A DNA stretch of 64,000 bases. Source: Dipteris shenzhenensis (lineage: Eukaryota). Shown here one piece after another: positions 24,527 through 37,129 of this stretch. Where the stretch lies: assembly GCA_047967505.1 (NCBI GenBank), contig CM106538.1; one strand, given 5' to 3'. The position numbers were made by a program, and so were the translations under genes. A model generated the notes under the pieces. That model was not told the DNA's origin. It did no database searches and worked only from the letters and a program-made list of their open reading frames with translations. How positions within the stretch are numbered: the first letter of the stretch is position 1; every line of letters begins with the position of its first letter.

Positions 24527-25542
24527 GGAGGGACCATCATGGCTGCATCAAATGGCGACCTTGAGAAGGAAAGATGGCGAGGGCAACGACCCCCTGAATC
24601 TGGCCTGGCAAGAGGTGAATCTTGAGCAGCAGCATGGTGAAGGTATCCCAGGAGGTAGGCACTCGTATGGTGAGCCACGTGGCAGTGGGTGTGGGCAGGA
24701 AAATGACCTGGCGCAGGCCCTTTATGTGGCGCAACTTGGCGGGGGTTACCAGCAGCCTGGCCGGCCAGGTAAAGGGCTGGTAGGGCTGGTTCTAGCCAGC
24801 CTATCATGCCTAGAAAATGGCAGGGCAGAGGGGGGCTGGACCCTGCATATATAGGAGGGCATCAGTCCTAGTTTTGTGGGCCAAGGGGTCCTTGTTTTGA
24901 GCCCTAGAAGGGAGCATTTAATGGGCCAGAGGGGGCAGGTTAATCCCAGCAGGTCGGCCTTTTTGGGCCTGCTGGGTCAGTTGGTTGGCCAGCCTTCTGG
25001 GCCTATAGAAGGGAGGGCCTTGTGCCCTCATACTTATCCTGCAGTGCAGCCTTCAGGAGCAGTAAGGAGCAGCAGGAGATCTATACTTGGGCCTACATCA
25101 GGGAGGTAAGGAGGATCAGGAGTGCTGCAGACTTAGCTCCACATTGGCTGAGACCTAGGCTGTCTACCAGGGCAGTAAGGTGCTGAGATCTGGACAGAGA
25201 GTCTACATACGCTCGAGGTGGAGCACGCAGGCTGAAGTCTAGAGATATCCAGCAGATAGTAGAAGTACGTAAGATCAAAGGACCACGCTCTGGTGGGACT
25301 CTGGATCTCTCTCTCTCTTTTGTATTGTGTCCATAGCTTTGGACAGAAATATATATTCTTGTGGAAGCTTCTATATCTGGCTGGTTCATTGTCTATTGAT
25401 GAGTCTGCACATCTATGTGATGCACATAAGTTTAAGAAGTTTGTGATTCCACTCCCCACACTATGTGAGCTCCTGGGCCATTCTATCAGTCTTCCGCTGT
25501 GCGTACCTTTTGTTGGTCGATTTCTAACCACCTCACACCTTG

Positions 25543-25546
<4 letters not shown>

Positions 25547-25587
<41 letters not shown>
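25547..25587. repeat. (CT)n microsatellite at the 5' flank of a LINE
   Basis: Perfect CT run. Confidence 0.98.
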
Positions 25588-25588
<1 letters not shown>

Positions 25589-26654
25589 ACCTGGAGGAGT
25601 TCAACAAACGCAGCAACCAGAGCGGTTTGATAGTGGACAGCACCGCAACCAGAAGAAAGGGGCCCACCCGAAGCCCATGCCGCTCTCCACAGCCTCGACC
25701 TCTATGATTAGCACCACCACTTCCCCACCATCATCCGCATCCGCCTCATCATCTACACCACCTCTCCCCTCCCCCTCTCCTGCATCATCATCACATGCCT
25801 CCTCCCCAGTAGCCCCATCACTAGCCCCATCAACCACGGCTCCATAGTACTTCTCCCTCGTATCCCGTGTACCTCTTAGTCAGCCACCCTTCATCGTCTC
25901 GTCCAACCTCGCTACTCCTACACACCACTTCTCCGCCCAGAGCACGTTGTCCCCACCCTCAGTACAACCTCAGCAGCCCACCTTCATTCCAACCCCTCTC
26001 GAGATCCAAAACCCACCTGGACCAGGATATCTTAGGCCCCCACTAGGTGCTTGGGACTCCCTATTGGCTGAGATATACAACATCTAGGCCCGTCAAGCAA
26101 ATCTGACACATTACACTCAGGAGCAGGCCCGATACACCCAGGAGCAGGCCCGCATTATACACGAGCAGGGCACCCTTATCCAGGGGCTCAAACACGACAT
26201 CACGGCTCCGAGAGGAGCTCGGGTGCCTGAGAGCAGTGCCTAGAGGGACCCTAGTCACAGAGATGGAGGCACAAATAGCCACGATTTAGTCAGCTATAGC
26301 AGAGACGACTAGATGGGTGGACGTGGCGAAACGGGAGCCCTCAAAGGCAACCGTTTCAGCCGCCATACAGGAGCTGCAGCAGAGGGCTTCAAAGGCCCTC
26401 AACATCCGGATACGAGGGATCACGCGAGACAACACCAGCACCACGATGACGCCCATGGAGGAGGCGATCACCTTTGTGACCACCACCATGGGGGTCCCCG
26501 ACCATGGCGTAGAGGGGGCATGGCGTGTTGGGAGAGACCCCAAACCGAGAACAGCCCCTAGTCATCCGCTTCAGAGATTCACATGCTCGACTAGTGACAC
26601 TCCGACGTCGAGCCGCTCTACGAGAGCATCCCACCCTGTCCATGGATGAGGATT
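25588..26654 (+). mobile_element. RTEX-like LINE 5' part (ORF1 remnant)
   Basis: ELQQRASKALNIRIRGI..AWRVGRDPKPRTAP and, after a frameshift, LVIRFRD..LSMDEDL; similar to the ORF1 at 62507-62833. Confidence 0.7.
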
Positions 26655-27599
26655 TGTGAAATACTGCTCGTAGAAAAACAACCAACAACACTCTCATTTT
26701 CTTTCCCTCTCCCCCTCTCTCAACAGAGACACTAGGACCCAGGACAACAGTCGGGCTGGACCCCCCGAAGGATTTTATTATTTGAGAGAAGATGAAGTAC
26801 ATAGTTCAGCGTAGAGCTGTCATACATACAAATCCAAAACGTGAATGAGTGAATCATTACATGAGCTCTCAGGCTCCCCTTCTTGGCAACAAGCCACTTG
26901 TCAATTTCTACACTACTTTCCTAATTACATGCCACTAAGGGCAACTCTGGAGTCTTCGAAGCACTTGGTCACGCGAACCGCCTCCTAGACTCTGATTAGG
27001 CTCCCGTAGCGCTTAGGAAAATAACTCTTCCTAGTACCTGCAACAATTAATTAAAGCGCACCACCATGGCACCCATTAATTGTTAGCACTTTGCATGCAA
27101 ACAACACATTGTGGACTAGTTCTAGTCACGGTGGGCATCCCCACTGAATACATGTGCACACATAACAAAATTCAAATATAATAAATATATATATTTATTC
27201 TCTCGTTGATCAAAGTTAACACTCTTGATCATAATTAAGGGGCTTTGACCAAGGGTCGAGGCGCCTTAATTATAGCCAAGTCTCTCCAACCGAAGTTGGC
27301 ACATCTTGGTTAACCGTGGTTAACCCTCTTGGCACATGCCAAGTCTCGTTGACCGAAGTCAACACTCTCTGACCGTAGTCAGCTCTGTAGTTCTCTGGTT
27401 AACCGTAGTTAACCCTCTTGGTAATAAACCAAGTCTCCCCGCGATCGAGGTCAGGTTTACTTGACCAGAGTCAAGTATCTTTGACTGTAGTCAATTCTTT
27501 GACCATTAAAAGAACTCTTTGGCCATAATTAACACATATAAAACTCTTTAATTATGATCAAATAAATGGTCAACTGTACTTTGACTTAGGATATTTACA
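26655..27599. mobile_element. Probable solo LTR (945 bp) with non-matching flanks
   Basis: TG...CA ends with imperfect inverted termini (TGTGAAATAC / GATATTTACA), internal short repeats (GGTTAACCGTRGTTAACCCTCTTGG twice), no ORF; it cuts LINE ORF1 on the left and a Gypsy LTR on the right. Confidence 0.6.
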
Positions 27600-30500
27600 T
27601 TGTGGTGACATCCCCTAGGCTTCTATTCAATTGACCTCAACTGAAAAGCTTCCTTGTAAACATCCAAAAGCTGTGGATGATCGGATAACCACTTGGCATC
27701 TAATGCCGCATAATTCTTGAATTTTACAAGATACCTGTAAAACTCCTTGCCCTGAGGGCCTTTGCGTACAGTATGGTACACAATTTGCTCTGGCTGAAGG
27801 ACCTCCTCCAGCTCATCCACTTCTGGTGGATCCTCTGATACTGGCTCTATAGGCCCTGGCCCCTGGAATTTCTTTAGAAGACTCACATGGAATGCATTGT
27901 GAATCCTCCAATGCTCTGGCAATGATAACCTGTATGCAACCTCATTTATTCTTTCTGTAACCCTAAAAGGGCCATAGTATCTGGGAGATAACTTTGCATA
28001 CACTTTCTGTTTGCCTTTAAACTTGCGGAGCCTAGCTTTTTCAAACTTCAAAAGTACCCAATCCCCTTCCTTGATATCTCCTATGCTTATCTACAGCTCT
28101 TTTATGTTTCTCTTGAGACCTCTCGATTGCTGTCCGGACTTGGCTGTAAGCTGTCTGGAGGTCTCTCACAAACTGATCAGCTGCAAATATTTCATCCTTG
28201 GTCCTCAGGGTAGGTGGCAAAATCACCTTCCCATAAATGACCCCAAAGGGGGCTTTCCCTGTAGAGCTGTGTACTGTATTATTGTAAGCAAACTCTACTA
28301 ATGGTAGGTACTTTTCCCAGTCTGAACCTTGGTCACCCATGTAGCATTTCAGCATATCCAATGCTGTAGAATTTGCTACTTCACTTTGACCATCTGTCTG
28401 GGGATGGAAAGAAGAAGAAAAATTCAAATTTGTCCCCATGTTATCAAATAAAGCTCTCCAGGAATAGACTGGTCAATCTGGGATCTCGATCACTGACAAT
28501 GGACTTAGGCATACTACGATGCTTAAAGATCTGTGCCTTGAAAAGCTTAGCCATATGATGTGCCTTTATGGTTTTGCAAACCGGAATGAAATGAGCTTGC
28601 TTGCTGAATCTATCAATGATAGTCCGCATAAGTAGCCAGGTGCCTTCCGTCTATCATACTTCACTTTCTGACATGTAAGACATTCAGTAACAAACTAATG
28701 TATATCTTTCCGCATCCCTAGCCAAAAGAAATACCTCTCCAGTGCTAGAGTTGTTGCTGTAATTCCTCTATGTCCAGCATAGGGAGGTGCATGGCATTCC
28801 TCCAAAATCTTTTTTCTCTTCTCCTAGGTGATGCATAGGCAGTCATCTTTCATTAGATACCCATCTTTCAGGGAATAGTGATTGGTGGATTGCTCCTCTT
28901 GCATTTGCTGTAAAATCTCACAATCTGCATCATTAGCATATTATTCCCTCATGCCTTCCAGGTCCTGATGATAGGCAATAGTCACATTATTGACCTAGGG
29001 TCTTCGGGACAAGGCCACTCTGTTCCGAATTCCTGGGGTATGGACAATCTGAAAATGATACATTGACAGCATGTTTGCCCATTTCATATGCTTCTCGGAA
29101 AGCTTGGTCTGAGTCAAAAAGTATCTCAGACTTTGGTGATCTGTTTTAACAGTAAAATCTGCACCCAAAAGATAGTGCTTCCATGTATGGATGGCATGAA
29201 TTACAGCGAATAACTCTTTCTCATAGATTCCCAGATATCTTTCAGCATCACGCAATCTTCGGCTCTCGTAGGCTACTACATGTCCATTCTGATGTAATGC
29301 AGCCCCAACACACTCTTCACAAGCATCGCAATCAACATCAAAAGGTTGATAAAGATCCGGGACTACAAGAATAGGCTCCGTAGTCAACTTCTCCTTGAGT
29401 GTATTGAATGCTTTCTTCTGTGATATTTTCCATGTGAAGGCTGCATTTTTCTTAGTAAGGTCATGTAATGGAGCTGCGATATTAGCAAAATGCCTGATAA
29501 ATCTCCTATAATAGGAGCAAAGTCCCAAAAAAACTACGGACTTCATGCACAGTTTTCAACTTAGGCCATCTTGGATGGCTCGGATCTTTGCAGGATCCAT
29601 CTGTATCCCATTCTTGGATATTATATGCCCCAGATAATGGATCTCTTCCAAGAAGAATTCACTTTTCTTGCTATTGGCAAAAAGTTGATGATTTTGAAGT
29701 TCTTGAAATACCAAAGCAAGATGTTCCCTGTGCTCTTCTTTTGCCTTTGAAAAGACTAGGATATCATCAAAGAAAGTACCCGTGAAATGCATGTACTTTC
29801 GGAAGATGCAATCCATCATTCTATTGAATGTGGCTGGAGCATTTGTCAACGCAAAAGGCATCATTAACTATTCATACAACCCGAATGTAGTGCAAAAAGC
29901 TGTCTTATGCACATCTTGTGGTTGTATCCTGACTTGATGATAGCCACTCTTCAAGTCTATCCTCCTGAAAACTGTTGCTCCTTTGAGCTGGTCAAGCACA
30001 TCATCTATGCGTGGTATCGGAAATCTATTTTTGATGGTCATCTTATTCAATGCACAATAATCAATGCACATTCGAAAAGAACCATCTTTCTTCTGTACTA
30101 GAAGTATTGGTGAACAAAAAGGAGACGAGCTGGGCTGAATCAACCCTTTGGACAACAAGTCCTGTACCTAAGCCATAATCTCCTCTCTTTGAGTCGCACT
30201 GACTCTATAAGGTGGTCTGTTTGGTGGCTCACTACCAGGCATTAACTCTATCTGATGATCTTCTGGTCTCTCTGGGGGTAACTCCCCTGGCAAAGCATCG
30301 GAAAAGCAATCTTTAAAGTTTACAAGAAACTGAAATTTATCTTTGTCTGCATCATTCATTTCAGCATGCATATCATTTTCTTTTTCTTTTACAAAAACCA
30401 TGTACGCGGAAATTGCAGACTTTATTGCTTTACCACATGTAACATTAGATACAATGGGGATAGTCTCCCCTTTATTCGTGGCAACTAAACGCTGGTTTTT

Positions 30501-32852
30501 TCCCCTATGGATAAAACTCAGCACCCTCTCAGGGTATTCTATCGTCACTTCCTTTCGATGGAACCACGGTGTACCAAGTACAACATCATGCTGCTTGAGA
30601 GGAGAGATTGAAAAGTCCTCTTGATCTACATAGTTCTGCACATGGATACGAAGCTTTCCAATCAAAGGAGTAACTTACATTGGATTCCCTTGAAACATTT
30701 GATCAGCATCAAGAGCTCTACCTAGCTCTTCAGTTTTTATCCCTAATCTCAGGGCTAAATCTTCAGATATGAAATTGTCTGTAGACCCTGGATCAAATAG
30801 GATTAATGCTTGCTGATCTGTTATCTTTCCCCATGATAGCAAAAGCTCTTTTTCTTTTGGGTCTGAGGTACTCCCCAAAACATCTGGGACTGCTCCCACC
30901 ATTGGCCTCGGTGGTACTTGTGGCTTTTTCTGCTCCTTAGAACCCGAAGGCTTCTCAGGGCACTCGGCAGCTATATGTCCCTCTTTCCCACACTTAAAGC
31001 ATTTCCCATCTCTGCGGAATTCAGCTATCTATTCAGGAGTGAATGGGGATCTACCTTTATATGACTTTGAAAACTGAGTACCCCTCGGCTTCTGAGGCTG
31101 AAACCCTTTCTTTTCAATCTTGGGATACTCTTTCTTTTCTGATTTTGAAAAATCAGCTTTCTTTCTTTCAGCACGTCTTGCATGCAAGGATAGTACTGTG
31201 GATGGATCTTGTAACGGCACAAGACTAGCTACTGAAGCTGAATGTATAATGTCTTGAATGTTCTTTGCTCCCAAAGCATTTACTACTGCCTGGATTCTTG
31301 GACTAAGACGTGCTCTATACTTTCTCATTTGGGTTCCTTTGGAGATCTTTTTGAAAGGTCCAACTTGCAAATAAGCATCCCAAAACTTTTGGTTGTACAC
31401 ATCCACTGTATCTCCTGCATCCATATGCAAACTGTCCCAATCTTGAAGAACATGATCTCTAAACTGTTTAGGCATAAACTGTTGGTAGAAGGCTTTCTTG
31501 AAGTCCTTCCACTTCTTTGGGGCTGACCCATCTGTGGTCTGTGCTGGACCATGCACTAGCTGTCGCTGTCAAGTGCAAACTGACCATTCTTAACTTGGAG
31601 GATTCTGAAAACTTTTCTGTACCGAATGCAGCATCAAATTGCCTGATGAACTGCAATGCTTTGTCTGTATGACCATACTGTCCATTGTAGGTCATAAACT
31701 TGACAGATTTACCTCCCTCTTTGAATTCCTTGGTCTCTCTGGAAGACTTACTCTTCCTAGACTTCTTGTGTTTCCTTCTTTTCCTTGATGGTTTATCTGA
31801 TAAAGAAGAAGATACAAAAGTCGAGCTCGAGGTAGACGATGATGGACTAGGAGATCGGTGATGATGCCTCGATCTCTTCCTGCTATGAGGCCGTCCCCTA
31901 TGAGATCTCTCTTTCTCTGGCTGTACCGAGAGTGTGCCTCTGGCATTGGCACATCATATGCTGCATTAGGCATAGCTTCTGCTTGAAACAAATGCTGAGC
32001 CCTTGGATCCTTTCTGAGATTTTCCATCTCTTGTATACGAGTGCGTACCATCTGCTCAAATTCTTGCTGAGTTTGTTGCACACTTCTCTGTCTTGGATGT
32101 ACATCCCTATCTTGTGAATCCTACTGGATAGGTGATTGAGCCATTTTCTTACAACTCGTCTGAGATCTGCAAGTTTCTCACACACACTATGTATGCAACT
32201 GATGCACGCTGTCTTTGCTTTTCAAAGGGAAAAATTACCTCAACAAGAGGTGTCTTGCATTCACAATCTATGCCAGTACCAGGCTGTCAACTCAAGGCAT
32301 ATACCCACATTGCCAAGGCATCAATAACTATATTGCCCCTTTTCTGGCTGTTGCAAAAAGCATTCAGAATGCATCTGACTCATCTTTTCCTGAGCACAAA
32401 AGCATGCATATTCTTTTTCTGCAAATCTCTGATTTTACTGTGTTTCTGCTGCTTTTCTGACAGTAAATACTCTCTCAGATAGGTGAAGACTGCTGGCAGA
32501 AACGGTCTCTGCAACTGGTCACAGTCTGGTTACAGTGACCAGACTGGTCTGGTTGGGTCAAGTTAGCTAGACCTCTGACCAGGGTTAACTAACCAAGGTT
32601 AGGTTAAATAAACATCAAGTCTGCCACCTCAGCTGAGTCCAAATCAGCTGCCACGTGTCTGCCACGTCATCTGTTGGGCTGACTGCAACGTCATCTGACA
32701 CGTGTCCTGCCACGTCAACATCTGAGCTGGCTGCCACATGTGCTGCCACATCAGCATCCACATGTGTCTGCACGTCACCTGCCTGCTGCTCATCTGCCCC
32801 GTGTACTCCTAGCTGTCACCCTGGCCACGTCAGCATCCACGTGGACATTGTG
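27600..32852 (-). mobile_element. Degenerate Ty3/Gypsy chromovirus
   Basis: gag 31700-31030; knuckle CFKCGKEGHIAAEC (~30960-31010); protease LFDPGSTDNFIS; RT (FRMCIDY, FFDDIL); RNase H; integrase (FHPQTDGQSE, YYGPF); chromodomain [20 protein letters not shown] at 27611-27616; probable 5' LTR ~32285-32852; only 11 bp of the 3' LTR remain. Confidence 0.92.
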
Positions 32853-35192
32853 TCACCTATCACCCCCATCCACAAGGCAGGGAATCCCATGGACCCAAGT
32901 AACTACAAGACTGTCATGATTGGACATGTGATGTCCAAGATCTATGCAGCAATATTGGATGCGTCGGTCAGCCTGTTTGCAGAGATGAGAGGGCAAGCGA
33001 GACCATGGGACTATGGATCACATACTCACACTCATGAGTGTCATAGAGGAGGCTAGATCACGGAAGGAGAGGGTATATTGCTGCTTTGTGGATTTCCACA
33101 AAGCCTTTGACACAGTACCTCGAGCTCAACTCATCACACGCCTACATGCACTAGGATTTGACCAGGAGATCATCTGGGCAGTCATGGCACATTATGAGAG
33201 AGACTTGGGCAAAGTTCGGACAGGCGCAGGTTGGACAGATGAGATCTTGAGCACCATAGGGGTCAAACAGGGTTGTCCCTTATCACCAACCCTATTTGGC
33301 CTCTACATCGATGAGCTTGAGACTTTCATTGGGGCTTCCAGAGGGACCGGTTGCTTACTTGCTGGGATCATCATCTGGATTCTTCTTTATGCAGATGACG
33401 TGGCACTCTTATCATCCATACCCGAGGGGCTCCAGCGACACCTAGACGCACTGCAGGCTTTTTGTTTATCCCATGATTTGGAGGTCAACCTTGGCAAGAC
33501 CAAGGTCATGATCTTTAACACCTCTCGAGCAAACATCCATCGGAAGCAGTTCACTTTCGGTGGGTCACCAGTTAAGATCGTATCCTCATACACTTACTTG
33601 GGGGTCATCTTCTCCGGCCCGACCTTCACGACGAGACCAGCGATGCAGGCTAGACTGAGCAAGGGATATGCCTCACTGGCTCGGCTAGAGAGACAGTGCT
33701 TCCACTCCCACTTTCAGGACCCTCGGACCAAGGCTCTTCTCTTTGACTCCTTGGTCCGACCAGCTGGTATGTATGGCAAACCCTTTGTTGGGGACCTGAC
33801 ATGTCAGATATAGAGTGGGCACAGGTGGAGCGCCTGCAGATCCTTATGCTCTCACAGATGATCCGGGGAAAACCCTCTGTACCACATCATATCATTCAGG
33901 CCGAGTTTGGTGCTTCTCCACTCCAGTTAGATGCAGCCTTTCAGACCATCACATATCTACACCGGGTTAGATCATATGGGGACTGCACATCAGGGAGACA
34001 AAGGTTGCCATGGTTGGCTCTCGATTCCTCCATGAGGTTGGCAGCAGAGGGAGACGAGCGAGGCTGGTATGCACGGACTCACAGATGGTTTGTGAGACTG
34101 GGGTTTCACATCGATAGGATACCTCCTTTTCAGTACAGTTTGGATGCCCCTCCGGTACTCCCACCCACCATCCCGATCGGGCCACACACCAACCAGGTCA
34201 TTCGAGAGGATATCCTACAGCTACACACCTTTAGGACCTAGTTGGAGCCGAGGGAGCTTCCAGTGAAGCTGAGCTTCTACAGAGATCACTGTTTTCGTAT
34301 TTCGGAGGAGGGATTCATCACGCCACCAGGGTACACTGAGCTTCACATGCCTCACTCACTATGGATCTCCATCGGACAGTTTCAGGTATTGTCACACCGC
34401 CTCCACATAGAGAGCGGCAGAGCAGAGGGGATTCCTAGGGAGCATCACATATGCACATTCTGCGACTGCCAGGAGGTTGAGTCGGAGGAGCATTTTATTT
34501 TCAGGTGCCCAGTGTACTACGAGATCCGAGGTCGCTACCATTGTCTCTTCAAAGACGGCTTCGGGCTCCTTTCCATATTCCTCGCCTACCCAGATCAAAG
34601 ATGCCTAGCGGCCTTCATTCACCAGGGGGTCCGACACAAAGAGTACTTACTCAGGCGACGGGGCTTGGCCACACCACCAAACACCTCTCAGAGCAGGATC
34701 ATAGAGTTCTTCCCATCGAGTGATATTGATCGTCTAGTCTCTAGACGCAGACGTGACAGAGACCCCGACCCGACGATCGTAGCACGACACACGAGGCATC
34801 AAGGGGACACACAGATCACTCTGGGGGACCTCCCGTCATTGTTTAGACCCGGGGCATGTCCCATGGGAGTCACAGTGGCTCTTGTCTTGCGTCGAGCCTC
34901 CTCCAGGAGACCGAGATGCATGGCACCCCTTGACAGACGCTAGCATCCCACCACCGGCTATGCACCAGCCAGGGCGACATGACACACGGAGGATTCTGCC
35001 CCTGCTCTAGTCTTTTTTCTTTTTTTTTTTTCATTGTCACACTCAGATGTATTTGATTATGTATGATCAGACTTAGGACTCAGCACGGGTGATGATGCTC
35101 GTTTAGTAGCTCCACCTTACTGTGATTTCAGGTTTTCTTTCAGTCTCATAGACCCATCGGTCTTCCAAAGACTCTAATGAAATTTCTTTCTT

Positions 35193-35197
<5 letters not shown>
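32853..35197 (+). mobile_element. RTEX-like LINE (family 1) RT, C-terminal CCHC, 3' UTR and terminal hairpin
   Basis: ITPIHKAG..SNYKTV..FVDFHKAFDTV..GVKQGCPLSPTLFGLYID..LLYADD..YTYLG..HICTFCDCQEVESEEHFIFRCPVYY; 3' end GTCTCATAGACC-CATC-GGTCT-TCCAA-AGAC-TCT-AATGAA then (TTTC)n. Confidence 0.9.

Positions 35198-35242
<45 letters not shown>
35198..35242. repeat. (CT)n microsatellite at the LINE 3' flank
   Basis: Perfect CT run continuous with the LINE tail. Confidence 0.98.
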
Positions 35243-35245
<3 letters not shown>

Positions 35246-36864
35246 CTAGCTGCCTCCCTGAGCCCTCAGCTCACCCGCCTCTCTCAGCCCCCACCCACCC
35301 GCCGTCTGCAATGGGGGCTGCCCAGCAGCCCCCCGCCATCTCTGTCCAGCATCCTCGCCATCTGTCGGGATCCCCCTCCTGCAGTGTGAGCTGCTCTCTA
35401 CAGCGCGGGACCATCCAGGCCCCCCCGCCTTGGCATTGGAGCCCGTAGGGCCACCCTTTGCAGCGCGGGACTACACACGCCCCACGCAGGGCTGCTCCCC
35501 TGTTGTGAACAGTGCGACCCTCCATGAAGTGTCCTCTCATGAAACCTATGCCACTATTTTGAGCTCTTGTGAAGGGTTGTGCCTTAAATGAATCATCTTG
35601 TTGAAAGGCCATACCCTTTATCAATTTTCCATCCATCCAATCATCCAGTAGTCTAAGGTTTAGAAAGGAAAGAGTCACAGATTGCAACACTAAGCAGTAC
35701 ACTATTAACGTCTAACATTATCCAGATATAGTACCATAGTCAGGGAGGTGGCACTGCTAGTTGGAATAGCGTTGCACTCACCTTACAAAGGCCTCACCGA
35801 GATCAACAAGAGATTCTAAACTCTTCTAAGCATGGAGTCTTGCAGGTTGACCATTAAGAGGAGGTTTTGGAGGGACAATGCCCAACCTTGTGGAGCATGT
35901 AGATCCTAAGGGCTACACAGAGCAGCGTAATTTAGCATGCTTCAAACAGGTCCAAAGGAGCATAGGCAGTGCATTTGATGCTAGCACTTTATGCAAAGAG
36001 GTGCACTGTTCTTCCAGTAGGTTTCTTTAAGCTGGGCTTAGTTGTGCATTACATGTGTATTTTCTACAATCTTCATGGCTTTTTGAGGGGAGCATCCTCT
36101 TCCAGTTGTATGTTGCTCTGCACCGATGGGCATGCTTCATACACAACTGTGACACTTTTTGCTGAATAAAAATGGACAGGGAAAGAATAAAGAGCAGTAA
36201 AAAGAGGGAGAACAGGGTAGGGGGAAGAATCTGATGGGCTCTAGTAACACAAGCAATGGGAAGATTCTTCTTGCTCAGCAAACTCATCTGTGCTCCCATG
36301 TGACAACTTATACATGGTAGAAACTTGGTCATGGCTTTTTGTTATTATATTTTTGTGGATAAAAGAAACCAGCGTGAATGAGTTGCTCTATGCTGGTTGG
36401 ATTTTTGTTTGATTTGCAAGAGGCAGCACTCAATTTCTAATGATTAGAATTATTTTTTAGTATTGAGACTGATTGTTTTGAATGCTGGAAGTTTGATCCG
36501 AGTATGTATGTTTTAAGAGCTCAAGATTAAGCGTCAAGTCAGTTTCTTGTCTTGCTCAAAATTTCTGAAACATTTAGGTTAGGTATTGAGGTTCAATGTT
36601 CTGTGGTGGAAATTTGATCCATGGATAGCTGTCTGGACAGCTATGATTTTTAAAGAAGCTGCAAAATATGCATGTCATATTATTGCGACATGTGCCAAAG
36701 GCAGTCAGCCAGAAATATTCAAACATATTTCTATCAAGGAAAAGAAATTAAATTTATTTATAGAGGTAGAAAGGAAAGCAGGGTCTCGTGGAAAGTTTTG
36801 TTTACAGTGCATCTTCGTCATGAATTGTGTAACAAGGCTAAATTACAAGTAATGGTGACTGCAG

Positions 36865-37129
36865 GCATGAGAAGTTTGTGACTCAATACAGAGCAATGTT
36901 TGCTCTAAACTGCAAAGTCGCAGATAATCGACTGCTACAGATTCCTGGACAGAAGAGGAAACGCACATTCCACAATTCTTGCAACGCAACGTCTCAAAGC
37001 AGTCATCCTTCCATTACTGCCAATGATACCTACATACCCGTTTGCTGTTCTGTGTGCGACACCGAAGTTGCTGTTATGGATAAAGATGAGCTGTATCACT
37101 TTTATAATGTTATGCCAAGCTATGCATAG
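36865..37129 (+). CDS. EAPP: E2F-associated phosphoprotein-like, last coding exon
   Basis: Acceptor TGCAG|G at 36864/36865 completes the Arg codon; HEKFVTQYRAMFALNCKV..YIPVCCSVCDTEVAVMDKDELYHFYNVMPSYA* = C-part of Eapp_C. Confidence 0.92.

Larger units (their letters stand above)
14649..25528 (+). mobile_element. Tandem LTR-gag-LTR-gag-LTR array of a gag-only (TR-GAG-like, Copia-type gag) retroelement
   Basis: Three ~1.1-1.2 kb LTRs (14649-15790, 21094-22218, 24340-~25528); PBS TGGTATCAGAGC at 15791 and 22219; PPT GAGAGGGGG before LTR2 and LTR3; each ~2.1-kb internal unit has gag but no PR/IN/RT. Confidence 0.92.
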
